Source: Oceanispirochaeta sp.
Lineage (GTDB): Bacteria > Spirochaetota > Spirochaetia > DSM-2461
Direction of reading: 5' to 3'
Assembly (NCBI GenBank): GCA_963666275.2
Contig: CAXXOA010000002.1
Location: 544,001-608,000 of the forward strand
Length of the DNA: 64,000 nt
Every line of letters begins with the position of its first letter. The first letter of the stretch is position 1. Positions 18,715-28,168 of the stretch are shown here, in pieces. A model generated the notes under the pieces. The model searched no databases, was not told the origin of the DNA, and saw only the letters and a list, made by a program, of their open reading frames with translations. Both the position numbers and the translations under genes were made by a program.

Positions 18715-20130
18715 CTACTCCCGTCCTCCCAGAAAGTGAGATGCCTCTCCCACTTCAAGGAAATTGGTAACATAGGCGTGTTTCGGTGAAGATCCCACCA
18801 TGAGGACCAGATCCGTGTTCCGGATCACCCCCTGATTCAGCAGGACCTTGACGGATTCGCTGACCATTTCATCCAGGGTTTCCTGAGATTTCAGAGGAAA
18901 CGCATCCACTCCGAAACTGAGCGCCAGCTGGCGGATCACCGTGGGATTCGGTGAGAGCGCCATCACAGGGATCCTTCCTCTGAAGGCTGAAAGCAGTCTG
19001 GCAGAACGTCCCGTGTCTGTCTGGATGATGATCGCCTGGGTTTTCAGGGTCTTTGCCGTATTCACGGCAGATTTAATCATCTGAAAGCGGACAGGATGGA
19101 TTTCCACAAGCTTCAGATTCTTAAATGAAGGCTTCATTTTATCTTCAATATTCCCCGCAATGGCCGCCATGGTCTGAACCGCTTCCAGAGGATAATCACC
19201 GTAGGCCGTCTCTCCTGAAAGCATCAGAGCATCTGTCCCGTCCATGACCGCATTGGCCACATCGCTGACTTCCGCTCTTGTGGGCCGGGGATTATGGATC
19301 ATGCTGTGAAGCATCTGGGTCGCTGTAATGACAACCTTCCGCCTCTTGATACATTTCCGGATCATTTTTTTCTGGGCAATGGGAACCTCTTCGGCCGGAA
19401 GTTCGATTCCGAGATCTCCCCTGGCAATCATAATCCCATGGCAGTGTTCCAGGATTTCATTGAGGTTTTCAATTCCTTCGTTGTTTTCTATTTTGGCAAT
19501 AATTTTGATCTGACTGTCATACCGGTCAAGAATCTTCTGTACAGCCAGAACATCTTCCTTGTTTCTGACAAAAGAATGAGCAATGAAGTCAATGCCTTTT
19601 CTGGCGGCAAAATGGATGTACTCTTCATCTTTTTCTGTTAATGCAGGAAGGGGAATCGGAATCCTGGGAACATTGACGCTCTTTTTATTCTTAATGGCAC
19701 CATTGTTATTGGCTATGCACTTCAGCTGGTTTTCCTGCTTATCTATGATCACAAGAGAAAGGTCGCCGTCATCAATCAGAATTTCCGTACCCCTTTTCAT
19801 ATCTCCGCAGAAACGGTTATAGCTGACGGAAAAATGCTTTTTCTCGGAAGTTTCCCCCCGGGGGACAATGAGAACTTCATCTCCCTCAGAAACTTCTATG
19901 GGGGTTTCAATATCCACTGTCCTGACTTCCGGCCCTTTCGTATCTATCAGTATTGCCGCTTTTTCAGAGACCTCACGGATACGGTCAATAATTACTTCGG
20001 ATTCTTCCGGTGTCTGATGGGCGGTATTCAAACGGAATGTACTGGCCCCTGCATTATAGAGGCTGCGGATAAAATCCGTGTCGTTGTGAACTCCAATAGA
20101 AGCCACAATTTTTGTCCTGAGTTTTTTCAA
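18715..20130 (-). CDS. pyk: Pyruvate kinase
   Basis: RTKIVASIG, DTKGPEVR, IIAKIEN, MIARGDLG, ATQML.SM, PTRAEVSD, MLSGETA; TTG start. Confidence 0.97.
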   Translation of the reverse strand: MKKLRTKIVASIGVHNDTDFIRSLYNAGASTFRLNTAHQTPEESEVIIDRIREVSEKAAILIDTKGPEVRTVDIETPIEVSEGDEVLIVPRGETSEKKHFSVSYNRFCGDMKRGTEILIDDGDLSLVIIDKQENQLKCIANNNGAIKNKKSVNVPRIPIPLPALTEKDEEYIHFAARKGIDFIAHSFVRNKEDVLAVQKILDRYDSQIKIIAKIENNEGIENLNEILEHCHGIMIARGDLGIELPAEEVPIAQKKMIRKCIKRRKVVITATQMLHSMIHNPRPTRAEVSDVANAVMDGTDALMLSGETAYGDYPLEAVQTMAAIAGNIEDKMKPSFKNLKLVEIHPVRFQMIKSAVNTAKTLKTQAIIIQTDTGRSARLLSAFRGRIPVMALSPNPTVIRQLALSFGVDAFPLKSQETLDEMVSESVKVLLNQGVIRNTDLVLMVGSSPKHAYVTNFLEVGEASHFLGGRE

Positions 20131-20246
20131 ACAAAAGTCCTTTTATTACGCTTTTTTCTCAAGCGAATTAGTCTATCTATAAGCATAAAAAAAACTAAGG
20201 GGAAATGAAAGGAGCAAAAGCATAAATAAAAAAAGATCGATTCGGG

Positions 20247-21308
20247 CTACAAACCTTTCCAGCCCAGTCCGGGGAGACCGTTGGGTGACAGCCAGCCTTT
20301 TTTCATAATCACTGTGCCGGCAGCGGGATCATTCAGCAGGTCCAGATGGCCGTCCAGATCGGCATAGCGGATGTTCTTCCGGCTCAGGGCAAAATGCAGA
20401 CCCGCGGATATACCCAATGCGGATTCATCCATACATCCCACCATGACTGTGATGTGGGCGGAACGGGCGACGCTGTCCACCTGTACCGCTTCGGTGATTC
20501 CACCGACCTTCATAATCTTGATATTCATCATATCCACCAGTCCTTTCCGCGCCAGGTGGAAGGCATCGATCAGGGATACCAGGCTTTCATCTGCCATAAT
20601 CGGCACATGGGATCTGGCGGAAACATCCCCCAGCAGGTCGGGCTTCCCTTTTCGGGTGGGCTGTTCAATCACCTCCAGGTCCAGGCCTTTTGCCTCGGTT
20701 AAAAAATGGAGGGCCTGATCCCGGGAATACCCCTGATTGGCATCGAACCTCAGGCGGATGTCCTCTCCGTATTTCTCTCTGAGGGCTCTCAGGCGGGTAA
20801 GGTCCTCATCCAGATCCAAACCACCCTTGATTTTGAGGATCCTGAAGCCGTCTCCTATAAACCGGGCGGCCTCTTCCATTGTTTCCTGCAGATCGCAGAT
20901 TCCTATGGTTATGCTCGTTTCGATGCGGCTTCTATAGCCCCCCAGAAGTTTACAGACAGGCAGATCCGCTTTTTTACCAAGCAGGTCCCACAGGGCCATG
21001 TCCACAGCCGCCCAGACGCTGAAGTATCCGGGCAGTTCCTTTTTCAGCGAGTCCAGAATTTTCATCCGGGAGAAGGGGTCTTTTCCTTTGAGAAGAACAG
21101 GAAGCTTTTCATTCAGCACGGGAAGCATCTGATCCAGATCTTCCCCGGTCACAAAGGGGTCAGGTGCTGCACAGCCCCAACCCCATATGGTTCCCGTATC
21201 AATCCGCAGGAGTAGATTCTTTACAGAGTGAAAACTCTGATAGGCTACCTGGTAGGGCTGCGCCAGATCAAATGAAAAACTGATCAGCTCAATCGTCCGG
21301 ATTTTCAT
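20247..21308 (-). CDS. Enolase-superfamily dipeptide epimerase (L-Ala-D/L-Glu epimerase, DgcA-like)
   Basis: KIKGG, DANQG, EQP, MADES, NIK.MK.GG, GCM.ES, DLDG. Confidence 0.9.
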   Translation of the reverse strand: MKIRTIELISFSFDLAQPYQVAYQSFHSVKNLLLRIDTGTIWGWGCAAPDPFVTGEDLDQMLPVLNEKLPVLLKGKDPFSRMKILDSLKKELPGYFSVWAAVDMALWDLLGKKADLPVCKLLGGYRSRIETSITIGICDLQETMEEAARFIGDGFRILKIKGGLDLDEDLTRLRALREKYGEDIRLRFDANQGYSRDQALHFLTEAKGLDLEVIEQPTRKGKPDLLGDVSARSHVPIMADESLVSLIDAFHLARKGLVDMMNIKIMKVGGITEAVQVDSVARSAHITVMVGCMDESALGISAGLHFALSRKNIRYADLDGHLDLLNDPAAGTVIMKKGWLSPNGLPGLGWKGL

Positions 21309-22372
21309 TTTCTGAGTTTCTCAACCGCATCAGCCAGCCTTTCCGGCCCATGCAGTAGAGGATCCACCACAGGAAGTTTGAATTCTTTCTGGAGATTGTC
21401 ACAAATCCAGTCTACATCGGGATCAGAAAGTCCTTCATGGTTGATTGAAATGGCAATGACAGGTTTTTTGGAAAGGAACTCCACCAGGAATATCTGATCT
21501 TTCAGAGAGTCCAGAGGGTAGCCGGGAAATCCGTCGTATTCGGTTCTGCCCGGGGCATGCTGCATGATGATTCCGTCAGGCCGGCAGGCTGCCAGAATTT
21601 CAAAACCTCCGGGGTAGCCCGGGTTCATAAGGCTGCCCTGACCTTCGATCACAGCAAAGTCCATATGCTCCTCTTTCCAGGCCGACCAGACAAGATGCTC
21701 CAGCTCGCCGCTGACATAATCATTCACAAGTGAGTCCATGACGGTACTGTATTTTGCTCCCTGAAGCCAGGCTGTCTGGCCTGTGCCTATAAGTTCGGCT
21801 GTCCGGGATCTTTTCTGCAGTTCGTGTACAATCATCCAGGCTGTGGTTCTCTTACCCAGGGCCGAGTCTGTCCCCAGAACAGCTACTTTGGCGCAGCTGA
21901 CATCTCCTATCTTTCCGCTGAACATATGGTTGCTTTCACGGCTTGTTTTCCGGATATCCCGTATCTGCAGATTTTTCTCTTCTGCCAGTTTCTTCAGGTC
22001 CTGCCTGTCCGCAAGAAAATCATGCAGGCCCGAGTCAACATTCAGTCCAAGCTGAAGAGCCTCTTCTACAGAATCAATGATCTCGTCTGTCAGATAGCCT
22101 CCATCAGTGGCCACTCCGATGATATAATGAGTCAGCTCCAGTTTTTGCGACGAGGCCAGTTCCCGGGCCCGTTCCAGATCCTTTACAATGGGGATTCCTT
22201 TCTTCCGGCGATCCAGAAATTCCCCCGCATCAGGTTCTCCGGCAATTGAGCTGTCTAAAACTGCAACGACTCTGTACCGCTCGGTAAAACGGACAAGGCC
22301 GTGGGCTGTCTTTCCATAGGTTGTGGCAAAAGCCTTATCGCAGTAGACAACTGCATTTCCTTCGGATTTCAT
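21305..22372 (-). CDS. DUF1611/DgcN-like P-loop protein (putative D-amino-acid N-acetyltransferase)
   Basis: GKTAHGLVR, SGLHDFL, GTDSALGKRTT, TGQT, IEGQGSL. Confidence 0.88.
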   Translation of the reverse strand: MKSEGNAVVYCDKAFATTYGKTAHGLVRFTERYRVVAVLDSSIAGEPDAGEFLDRRKKGIPIVKDLERARELASSQKLELTHYIIGVATDGGYLTDEIIDSVEEALQLGLNVDSGLHDFLADRQDLKKLAEEKNLQIRDIRKTSRESNHMFSGKIGDVSCAKVAVLGTDSALGKRTTAWMIVHELQKRSRTAELIGTGQTAWLQGAKYSTVMDSLVNDYVSGELEHLVWSAWKEEHMDFAVIEGQGSLMNPGYPGGFEILAACRPDGIIMQHAPGRTEYDGFPGYPLDSLKDQIFLVEFLSKKPVIAISINHEGLSDPDVDWICDNLQKEFKLPVVDPLLHGPERLADAVEKLRK

Positions 22373-23434
22373 TTATCTCCTCCCTGTCAGCACCGCCACA
22401 TACCTGTCTCCCGGTAAGGGGGTTTCTTTATTCAGATTTATAAGGGCGCTCAGTCCGGCAGTGGACGCGGGAAGGACTGACAGTCCCTCCTGGTTTTTAA
22501 TGAATCCCGATAGCCCTGTCATTGTTTTATCCGACACATTGCAGGCCCATCCCCCGGTGTCTCTCAAGGCATTGAACGCCAGCTCCCCGTCAATGGAGTG
22601 CCAGTTGATCAGGGGCTCGTTGACTTGGGATTCCCGTATCTTCGACGGATCCAGATCCCTGTAGTCTGCATAGCCTTTTCTGAATGAGTGGATAATCGGA
22701 TTTTTCCCTGTTGAGGATCCTGCAATGATTTTCGGGATTCTGGAGGTTTTTCCCCGGCGGTAGAGGGTCTGAAAACCTTTATAGATTCCCGCCAGAGTCG
22801 TCCCATTGGAAACAGGGACTGCTACGGCCGCAGGAGCATCTCTCAGTTCATCATAGATCTCAAAGGCGATTTCCCCATAGGCTTTCAGCTGTATATCCGT
22901 ATTGATTGCGCCGGGGTTGGCATCATAGTAATCCCGTTTTTCAGCTTCCCGGCTTGAGAGGAGAACAGCTTCCTCGTAATCCCGACCGGCTCTGACGATT
23001 TCCGCACCCCATTTTCTCATCTCTTCCTCGCGGGTGACATGGTATCCCTGAGGAATATAGATCAGACATTCCAGCCCGGCCAGATAGGTGGCAAAAGCCA
23101 GGGCCACTCCGTAGTTGCCGCAGGTTGCAAACACCACTTTGTCATAGCTTCGGCGGTAGGCATCCTCCACCTGGGCAAAGGCGATCCTGTCCTTCTGTGT
23201 TCCCGAAGGGTTGGACCCTTCGAATTTCAGGTAGAGCTGACGGAATCCGTACTCCCTTTCCAGGTTTCGGGCCCGGGAGAGCATTGTATCTCCCACTTCC
23301 GAAGCTATGATATCGCCATAAGCTTCGATGCGTTCGCTCATGGAACGGTCATGATCCAGAACAGCTTCTCTCAGGCTGTTTATCTCATCCAGGACCTGAT
23401 TCAGCTGGCCCGTTGCATTATCCAGAAGATCCAT
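22373..23434 (-). CDS. Fold-type II PLP enzyme, threonine synthase-like
   Basis: LKFEGSNPSGTQKDR (PLP Lys), ATCGNYG, VPVSNGT, PAS.A.L, AVLTG; RBS GAGGAGG before ATG 23434. Confidence 0.85.
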   Translation of the reverse strand: MDLLDNATGQLNQVLDEINSLREAVLDHDRSMSERIEAYGDIIASEVGDTMLSRARNLEREYGFRQLYLKFEGSNPSGTQKDRIAFAQVEDAYRRSYDKVVFATCGNYGVALAFATYLAGLECLIYIPQGYHVTREEEMRKWGAEIVRAGRDYEEAVLLSSREAEKRDYYDANPGAINTDIQLKAYGEIAFEIYDELRDAPAAVAVPVSNGTTLAGIYKGFQTLYRRGKTSRIPKIIAGSSTGKNPIIHSFRKGYADYRDLDPSKIRESQVNEPLINWHSIDGELAFNALRDTGGWACNVSDKTMTGLSGFIKNQEGLSVLPASTAGLSALINLNKETPLPGDRYVAVLTGRR

Positions 23435-23601
23435 CTTTAGAATCCTCCTCAATTGGAATGAATTGAATTATGATTGCTTTTGCGTTCTTGTCAAAAGAAA
23501 ATGAGATATTTTTTGAATTTATTTTTCCATCGTTAACGGGGGCGCCGGTAAGGCTGAGATCCATGCAGTTCTTCCCATATCAGGGATCAGGTAAAATCAG
23601 C

Positions 23602-25068
23602 CTAATGGGAGATTCTTTTCAGAAAATGCTTTCTGATAATAGGAACGAAAAGGGACTCTTTCATCGCAATCAGTGAGAGAGCATAAATCACTGAACCCGC
23701 AGCGGCCGAGACAGCAACTATTAATCCCACTGAATCGGACTGTGTCAGGAGTATCTGTTTTATTGCGAAAACACTCAGAGACATAATAAAAGTGGCGGCA
23801 ATATATTTGAAGTTCTGACGGAAATGCAGTTCCATCTGTTTTATATAGGACCAGCCGAAGATTATCTCAACAGCAAGTATCATCATCTCAGACAGGATGG
23901 ACGCCAGGGCGGCGCCATTCTGGCTGAAAGCGGGAATAAGCATAAAATTGAGAACAATATTCATAAGAGTGGAGAGCAGTATGGCCACCAGGACAAGTTT
24001 CTGTTTTCCGTAGGAAAGGAGAATCTGCTTGCCTATGAAGCTCTTTAACGGGAGAAGCATAAGAATGGGAAGAAGGATTCTCATGGTTGTGACAGCCGAT
24101 AGATATTTCCGACCTCCGAAGATCATAACGGATTCATAGCTGAGAAGATAAAGTCCCGCCATGGCCGGGAGAGGAAGAAAGAATATGACTGAAAAAGCTT
24201 TCTGTGCCAAAGGCTTCATCTTTTCATGTTTTCCTCTGGCCACCATATTGGAAAACCGGGGGATAAGGACCGAGTTGGCTGCAACGAATACGGTTTTTAT
24301 AATCCGGATGAGCTTGTTTGCCGTAACATAGTAGCTTACGGAAGCATCGCCGCTCATGAAACCAAGCATAACTTTATCTATATTGTTGTAGAGTTTTGTT
24401 GAAATGAATAGAAAAAAGAAATAGAGAGCTCCGTTGATATGTTCCCTGACATTGACCTCTCTGAAAGGCACATGTTCTATCATTTTTCTCAGGTTCCAGT
24501 AATTCAGAACCCTTGAAAAGAATGTACTTATGATGGCAATGCTGCCGTAGATTATATAGTCTTCCGGTCCTTTCACCAGAGTAAAGGTCAGTATGATAGA
24601 GATGACTTTGGCAAAGAATTTCCTGTAAGCCATAAATTTATACTCTTCCATGCCCTGAAAGAACCATTCAAAGCCGAAGGTCTTAAATCCGATCTGTATT
24701 CCGAGGATAAGATAGAGAAGAACTTCCTTGTGGAATTTATCAACATAGAAGATGGAACTGAGAAATATAACATAGACAATGGCTGTCGCAACAAGTTCAA
24801 TGGTCAGAATGCTTTTAAAGACTTTGCTCCGTTCATGGACGCTGTCCCTGACTTCCGCGATTTTCCTGACCCCGTAGAGGGGTATCCCCAGTGCCGCAAA
24901 GTAGGTAAACACCTGAATAATAGACGTGGCAAACTGAACCTTTCCCAGGTTTTCCGGCATCAGTACACGGGCCACGTAGGGAAATGTTATTAAAGGAGCT
25001 GCCAGGTCCAGGAACTCCTTGAGAGTATTAAAAAAAGCATTTGCTTTGACGGATTTCTTCTTTTTCAT
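23602..25068 (-). CDS. Wzx/TacF-like polysaccharide flippase (MOP superfamily)
   Basis: PLITFPYVARVL.PE.LG, LGIPLYG, EWFFQGME, DKVMLG, GAA.AS; many TM segments. Confidence 0.9.
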   Translation of the reverse strand: MKKKKSVKANAFFNTLKEFLDLAAPLITFPYVARVLMPENLGKVQFATSIIQVFTYFAALGIPLYGVRKIAEVRDSVHERSKVFKSILTIELVATAIVYVIFLSSIFYVDKFHKEVLLYLILGIQIGFKTFGFEWFFQGMEEYKFMAYRKFFAKVISIILTFTLVKGPEDYIIYGSIAIISTFFSRVLNYWNLRKMIEHVPFREVNVREHINGALYFFFLFISTKLYNNIDKVMLGFMSGDASVSYYVTANKLIRIIKTVFVAANSVLIPRFSNMVARGKHEKMKPLAQKAFSVIFFLPLPAMAGLYLLSYESVMIFGGRKYLSAVTTMRILLPILMLLPLKSFIGKQILLSYGKQKLVLVAILLSTLMNIVLNFMLIPAFSQNGAALASILSEMMILAVEIIFGWSYIKQMELHFRQNFKYIAATFIMSLSVFAIKQILLTQSDSVGLIVAVSAAAGSVIYALSLIAMKESLFVPIIRKHFLKRISH

Positions 25069-25148
25069 AAAGCTCAAACCTATGTCGGTTCTCTCCCTAA
25101 TGTCAATATTCTCTGCCTCAGGGCAGGGAATATTTCTACAGGGTTATA

Positions 25149-26555
25149 CTACCAGCCGCAGAGGGTTTCAAACTCATCCAGAGGATAGAGACTATGGCTG
25201 CCTCTTGATATAAGCTTCCCCGCCCGGGGATAGTCTTTGCGTCTTTCTTCAATTTCCCGGGTCATCTCGCTGAACTCCTTCGGAGTAATATAGATGGACT
25301 TGAGTTTCCGGATAATACGAAGGGGAATTCGCACAGAGGAGTTCACATAGTTGGGATCCGGAACTTTCCATCCCTTCCCGTAGTAGGATTCCAGGAATGC
25401 TTCGGTGTTGGACGGGTATTGGATCTCCACATCTTTGAGAGTGCCTGTTTTTCCCGGGAGAAAATCCTCTGGTTTCAGAGGGAGACAGGCCTGTTTATGA
25501 AGCCAGATGGAACCGTCCTCATACCAGACCGGCCGCAGATCCAGATGGATAGAAGGATCATCTACCTCCAGTCTGAAGTGGAAGAGTTTTCCTCTCCGGT
25601 TAATGGAACAGTAGGCTCCTTCCAGTACCATTTCAATCACGAGTTTTTTCAGTTCCTCCTTCACTTCGGAGGCTTTTGTTTTCTGTGAAAAATATCCCGC
25701 ATCAAAGTCATCATCTCCGGGAATATAATCCCCTTCCCTGTAATACCCAAGCAGTGTTCCGTACAGGATGAACAGGGGTGTTCCCAGTTTTTCAGTGAAA
25801 AAACGATTTGCCCATGTATACTGCTCGAGATAGCGCTTCTGGCTTTCCAGAATCTCTTCCCCCGACTTGGACAGAGTTCCCTTCTTGGTAATTTTCATAC
25901 CGCTGTTGAGTTTCTCGAAGATTTCACCACTACCATGGGGAATTGTCAGTTTGACTCTGTCACTGTCTTTACAGATCTTTCCGTTCTTCCTGAGATTCAG
26001 TGCTTCTCCTGTGGAGAATCTGAGAGAAAGTTCACTCTCCTGCGGCAGTATCTGAATCAGCGGCCGGGAGAGCATGAACCGGAAAGATCCAGGCAGAAAA
26101 GGGTGTCTCCTGATCCGAAACTCTCTGATCAGAATGTTATCAATCAGTATCTGAACAGATTTGGCATCACCCGCAAATATTCCGGTGATTTTAAGCCCCT
26201 TGTTGATCCAGTTTAAATCATAGATCCCTTTGACACGGGAGATCTTTTCAAGGGATTTTACAGGTTCTGCTTTACAGTGGAAAAAAGGATCCTCCACCTC
26301 TGACAAGCCGGCCATAAAGCGGGCCTTTTCCAGATGAAACTGCCAGAGCTGGTAAAAGCTGAAAGCAATAGAATCATTTTTCTTCCCTATTTTATCAAAA
26401 CCTTTCTGAAAGCAGGATATCGCTTTCCTGTAATTCCCTTTCTGCATTTGTCTCTTCCCTTTATGGTAGAGAGCTGCAAAGCTGATTCCCCCGGCTTCTG
26501 CCCGGGTCCGAACTGTTTCTTTTAAACGGGCGAGAAAATACTGCACTGTATTCAT
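25149..26555 (-). CDS. LicD/fukutin-family phosphotransferase with a long N-terminal extension
   Basis: YGTLLG.YREG..I.GDDDFD nucleotidyltransferase motif and L..YYG.GW.VPD. Confidence 0.75.
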   Translation of the reverse strand: MNTVQYFLARLKETVRTRAEAGGISFAALYHKGKRQMQKGNYRKAISCFQKGFDKIGKKNDSIAFSFYQLWQFHLEKARFMAGLSEVEDPFFHCKAEPVKSLEKISRVKGIYDLNWINKGLKITGIFAGDAKSVQILIDNILIREFRIRRHPFLPGSFRFMLSRPLIQILPQESELSLRFSTGEALNLRKNGKICKDSDRVKLTIPHGSGEIFEKLNSGMKITKKGTLSKSGEEILESQKRYLEQYTWANRFFTEKLGTPLFILYGTLLGYYREGDYIPGDDDFDAGYFSQKTKASEVKEELKKLVIEMVLEGAYCSINRRGKLFHFRLEVDDPSIHLDLRPVWYEDGSIWLHKQACLPLKPEDFLPGKTGTLKDVEIQYPSNTEAFLESYYGKGWKVPDPNYVNSSVRIPLRIIRKLKSIYITPKEFSEMTREIEERRKDYPRAGKLISRGSHSLYPLDEFETLCGW

Positions 26556-26593
26556 ATCTATATCCTGTTCCCTTTTGAATGGTGAATTTTTTT

Positions 26594-28150
26594 TTAATAC
26601 CTGTAAGTTAAACCGGTTGTGACAGAAAAGGCGTTGTCAAAGACTTCATAGGCCAGAGCCTGACCTGCTACAAGCAGATAGGACAGATCAAAATTCAGTT
26701 CCAGGCCGTAGGGCAGAAAGACCATACCGGCCAGTCCTGTCCGCAGTTCCACATTGAGTCTGTCCTGATCGGCAAAATATTCAAAAACGTAATCTTTATC
26801 GTAGTTGATCCGGGAGCCATGGAATTTGAGAAGCCCCCATCTGTCAAAAAAGCTCAAAGAAAAGTACTGGGCATCCGAACCGGGGCCCGATGGCGCTCCC
26901 AGAAGCTGCCCTTTATGGGTATAACCGTGATATACAAGACCATGTCTATAGTACGTTCCACCGCTGCGGCCTTTCAGGGCGTAGGAGTTGCTTACCTGCA
27001 TCCAGGAATATTCCGCATTGAGGGACAGCCCTTTTTGAGGGCTCAGGGGCCACACCTGCTGGCCTCCGAAGGTAAATCCCGCGGTATGGTCGGGATAGTA
27101 GAGGAGGGAATGGAACTCTTCAGAGTGGTCTTCCTTGAAGACCTCCAGATAGATGTTGGTTCCCTTGTCCGGGAATTTCCAGTCCAGCCATAAGGACACT
27201 CTCTGGTCGGTTCTATCCTCTCCTCCCAGGTCGCTGTCCACATAGGCAAAGCTGTACAGCTTGGATAGGGCGGTTCCGTTGATATCCTCCCAGTTGCAGA
27301 TAAGGGTCCTGTTGATACCTACTGTAAAAAAAGGATTGTATGTCGGCTGCCAGGCCAGCATGTAACCGGTCAGATAAGTATAGTCATCGTCATCGAGAGA
27401 ATTGAAAAAATCAGATTCCTCCAGGACTCCGTTTACAATCCTTGCTTCAAAGGTTCCCCATCTGGTTTCGGTTTTCCGGATACCCATATCGCTATGGTAG
27501 AATCCTTCCGCCGCAGCGCTCATGATCAGAGGATTAAAAACCGCAGGCCCCCATATCATATTCTCATGAGAGACCGCCAGGGTGAAAATTCCATAGTCAG
27601 CCCGGATTTCACTCTGCCCGGGAGATATCTGGCTGTAGGATTCATCTCCCATGCGGGTGGGATAGTCTATTCCGCTGTAGTAATAGGAATAGTCTCCGGT
27701 TCCTTTGTAGATCGGGTATTCCTTGTTTTCCGCATAGGCGAGTTCGGGGAGAAGAGAGAATGAAACATAGGGGCTTTCAAAAGATAATCCTGCTGAAAAA
27801 TAGCTGTTCAGTCCTTTGCCCTGCCACTGCAGGCCGTCATTTAGACCTCTTGTCAGGTTAAAGGAGTTCCAGGAAAGCTCTGATGTCACAGGAGCAATTT
27901 CCATACTTGTATCGCTGTTAAAATAAAAAGGGGTTGGCCCGTCCATATGTTCGGCCCAGGGGTGCTGCCGGTTTCCGTACTCCCGCGTATTTCCGGAGTA
28001 GGTATGAAACCCCAGCGTATCGGGTGTACTTTTACCAAGAAGGTCGGTGTACCTGTAATAGTCAAGGTAGAGAGAACTGAATAACTCCCCGGAGAACAGG
28101 CTGAATGAGCAGAAAAGAAAGACAGCTGAGAGGATATGTCTCTGTTTCAT
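26594..28150 (-). CDS. Capsule-assembly Wzi-like outer-membrane beta-barrel
   Basis: Signal peptide, WGP...N.L..S.A.GF, QLLGAP.GPGS, C-terminal alternating residues ending YRY. Confidence 0.75.
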   Translation of the reverse strand: MKQRHILSAVFLFCSFSLFSGELFSSLYLDYYRYTDLLGKSTPDTLGFHTYSGNTREYGNRQHPWAEHMDGPTPFYFNSDTSMEIAPVTSELSWNSFNLTRGLNDGLQWQGKGLNSYFSAGLSFESPYVSFSLLPELAYAENKEYPIYKGTGDYSYYYSGIDYPTRMGDESYSQISPGQSEIRADYGIFTLAVSHENMIWGPAVFNPLIMSAAAEGFYHSDMGIRKTETRWGTFEARIVNGVLEESDFFNSLDDDDYTYLTGYMLAWQPTYNPFFTVGINRTLICNWEDINGTALSKLYSFAYVDSDLGGEDRTDQRVSLWLDWKFPDKGTNIYLEVFKEDHSEEFHSLLYYPDHTAGFTFGGQQVWPLSPQKGLSLNAEYSWMQVSNSYALKGRSGGTYYRHGLVYHGYTHKGQLLGAPSGPGSDAQYFSLSFFDRWGLLKFHGSRINYDKDYVFEYFADQDRLNVELRTGLAGMVFLPYGLELNFDLSYLLVAGQALAYEVFDNAFSVTTGLTYRY

Positions 28151-28168
28151 AAGGTGGAACTCCTTTGT

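Noticed and set aside
23543..23550. CGCCGGTA matching the tRNA-Leu 3' end as a possible att site
   Set aside because: Only 8 bp and inverted relative to the tRNA; an att site should be a direct repeat
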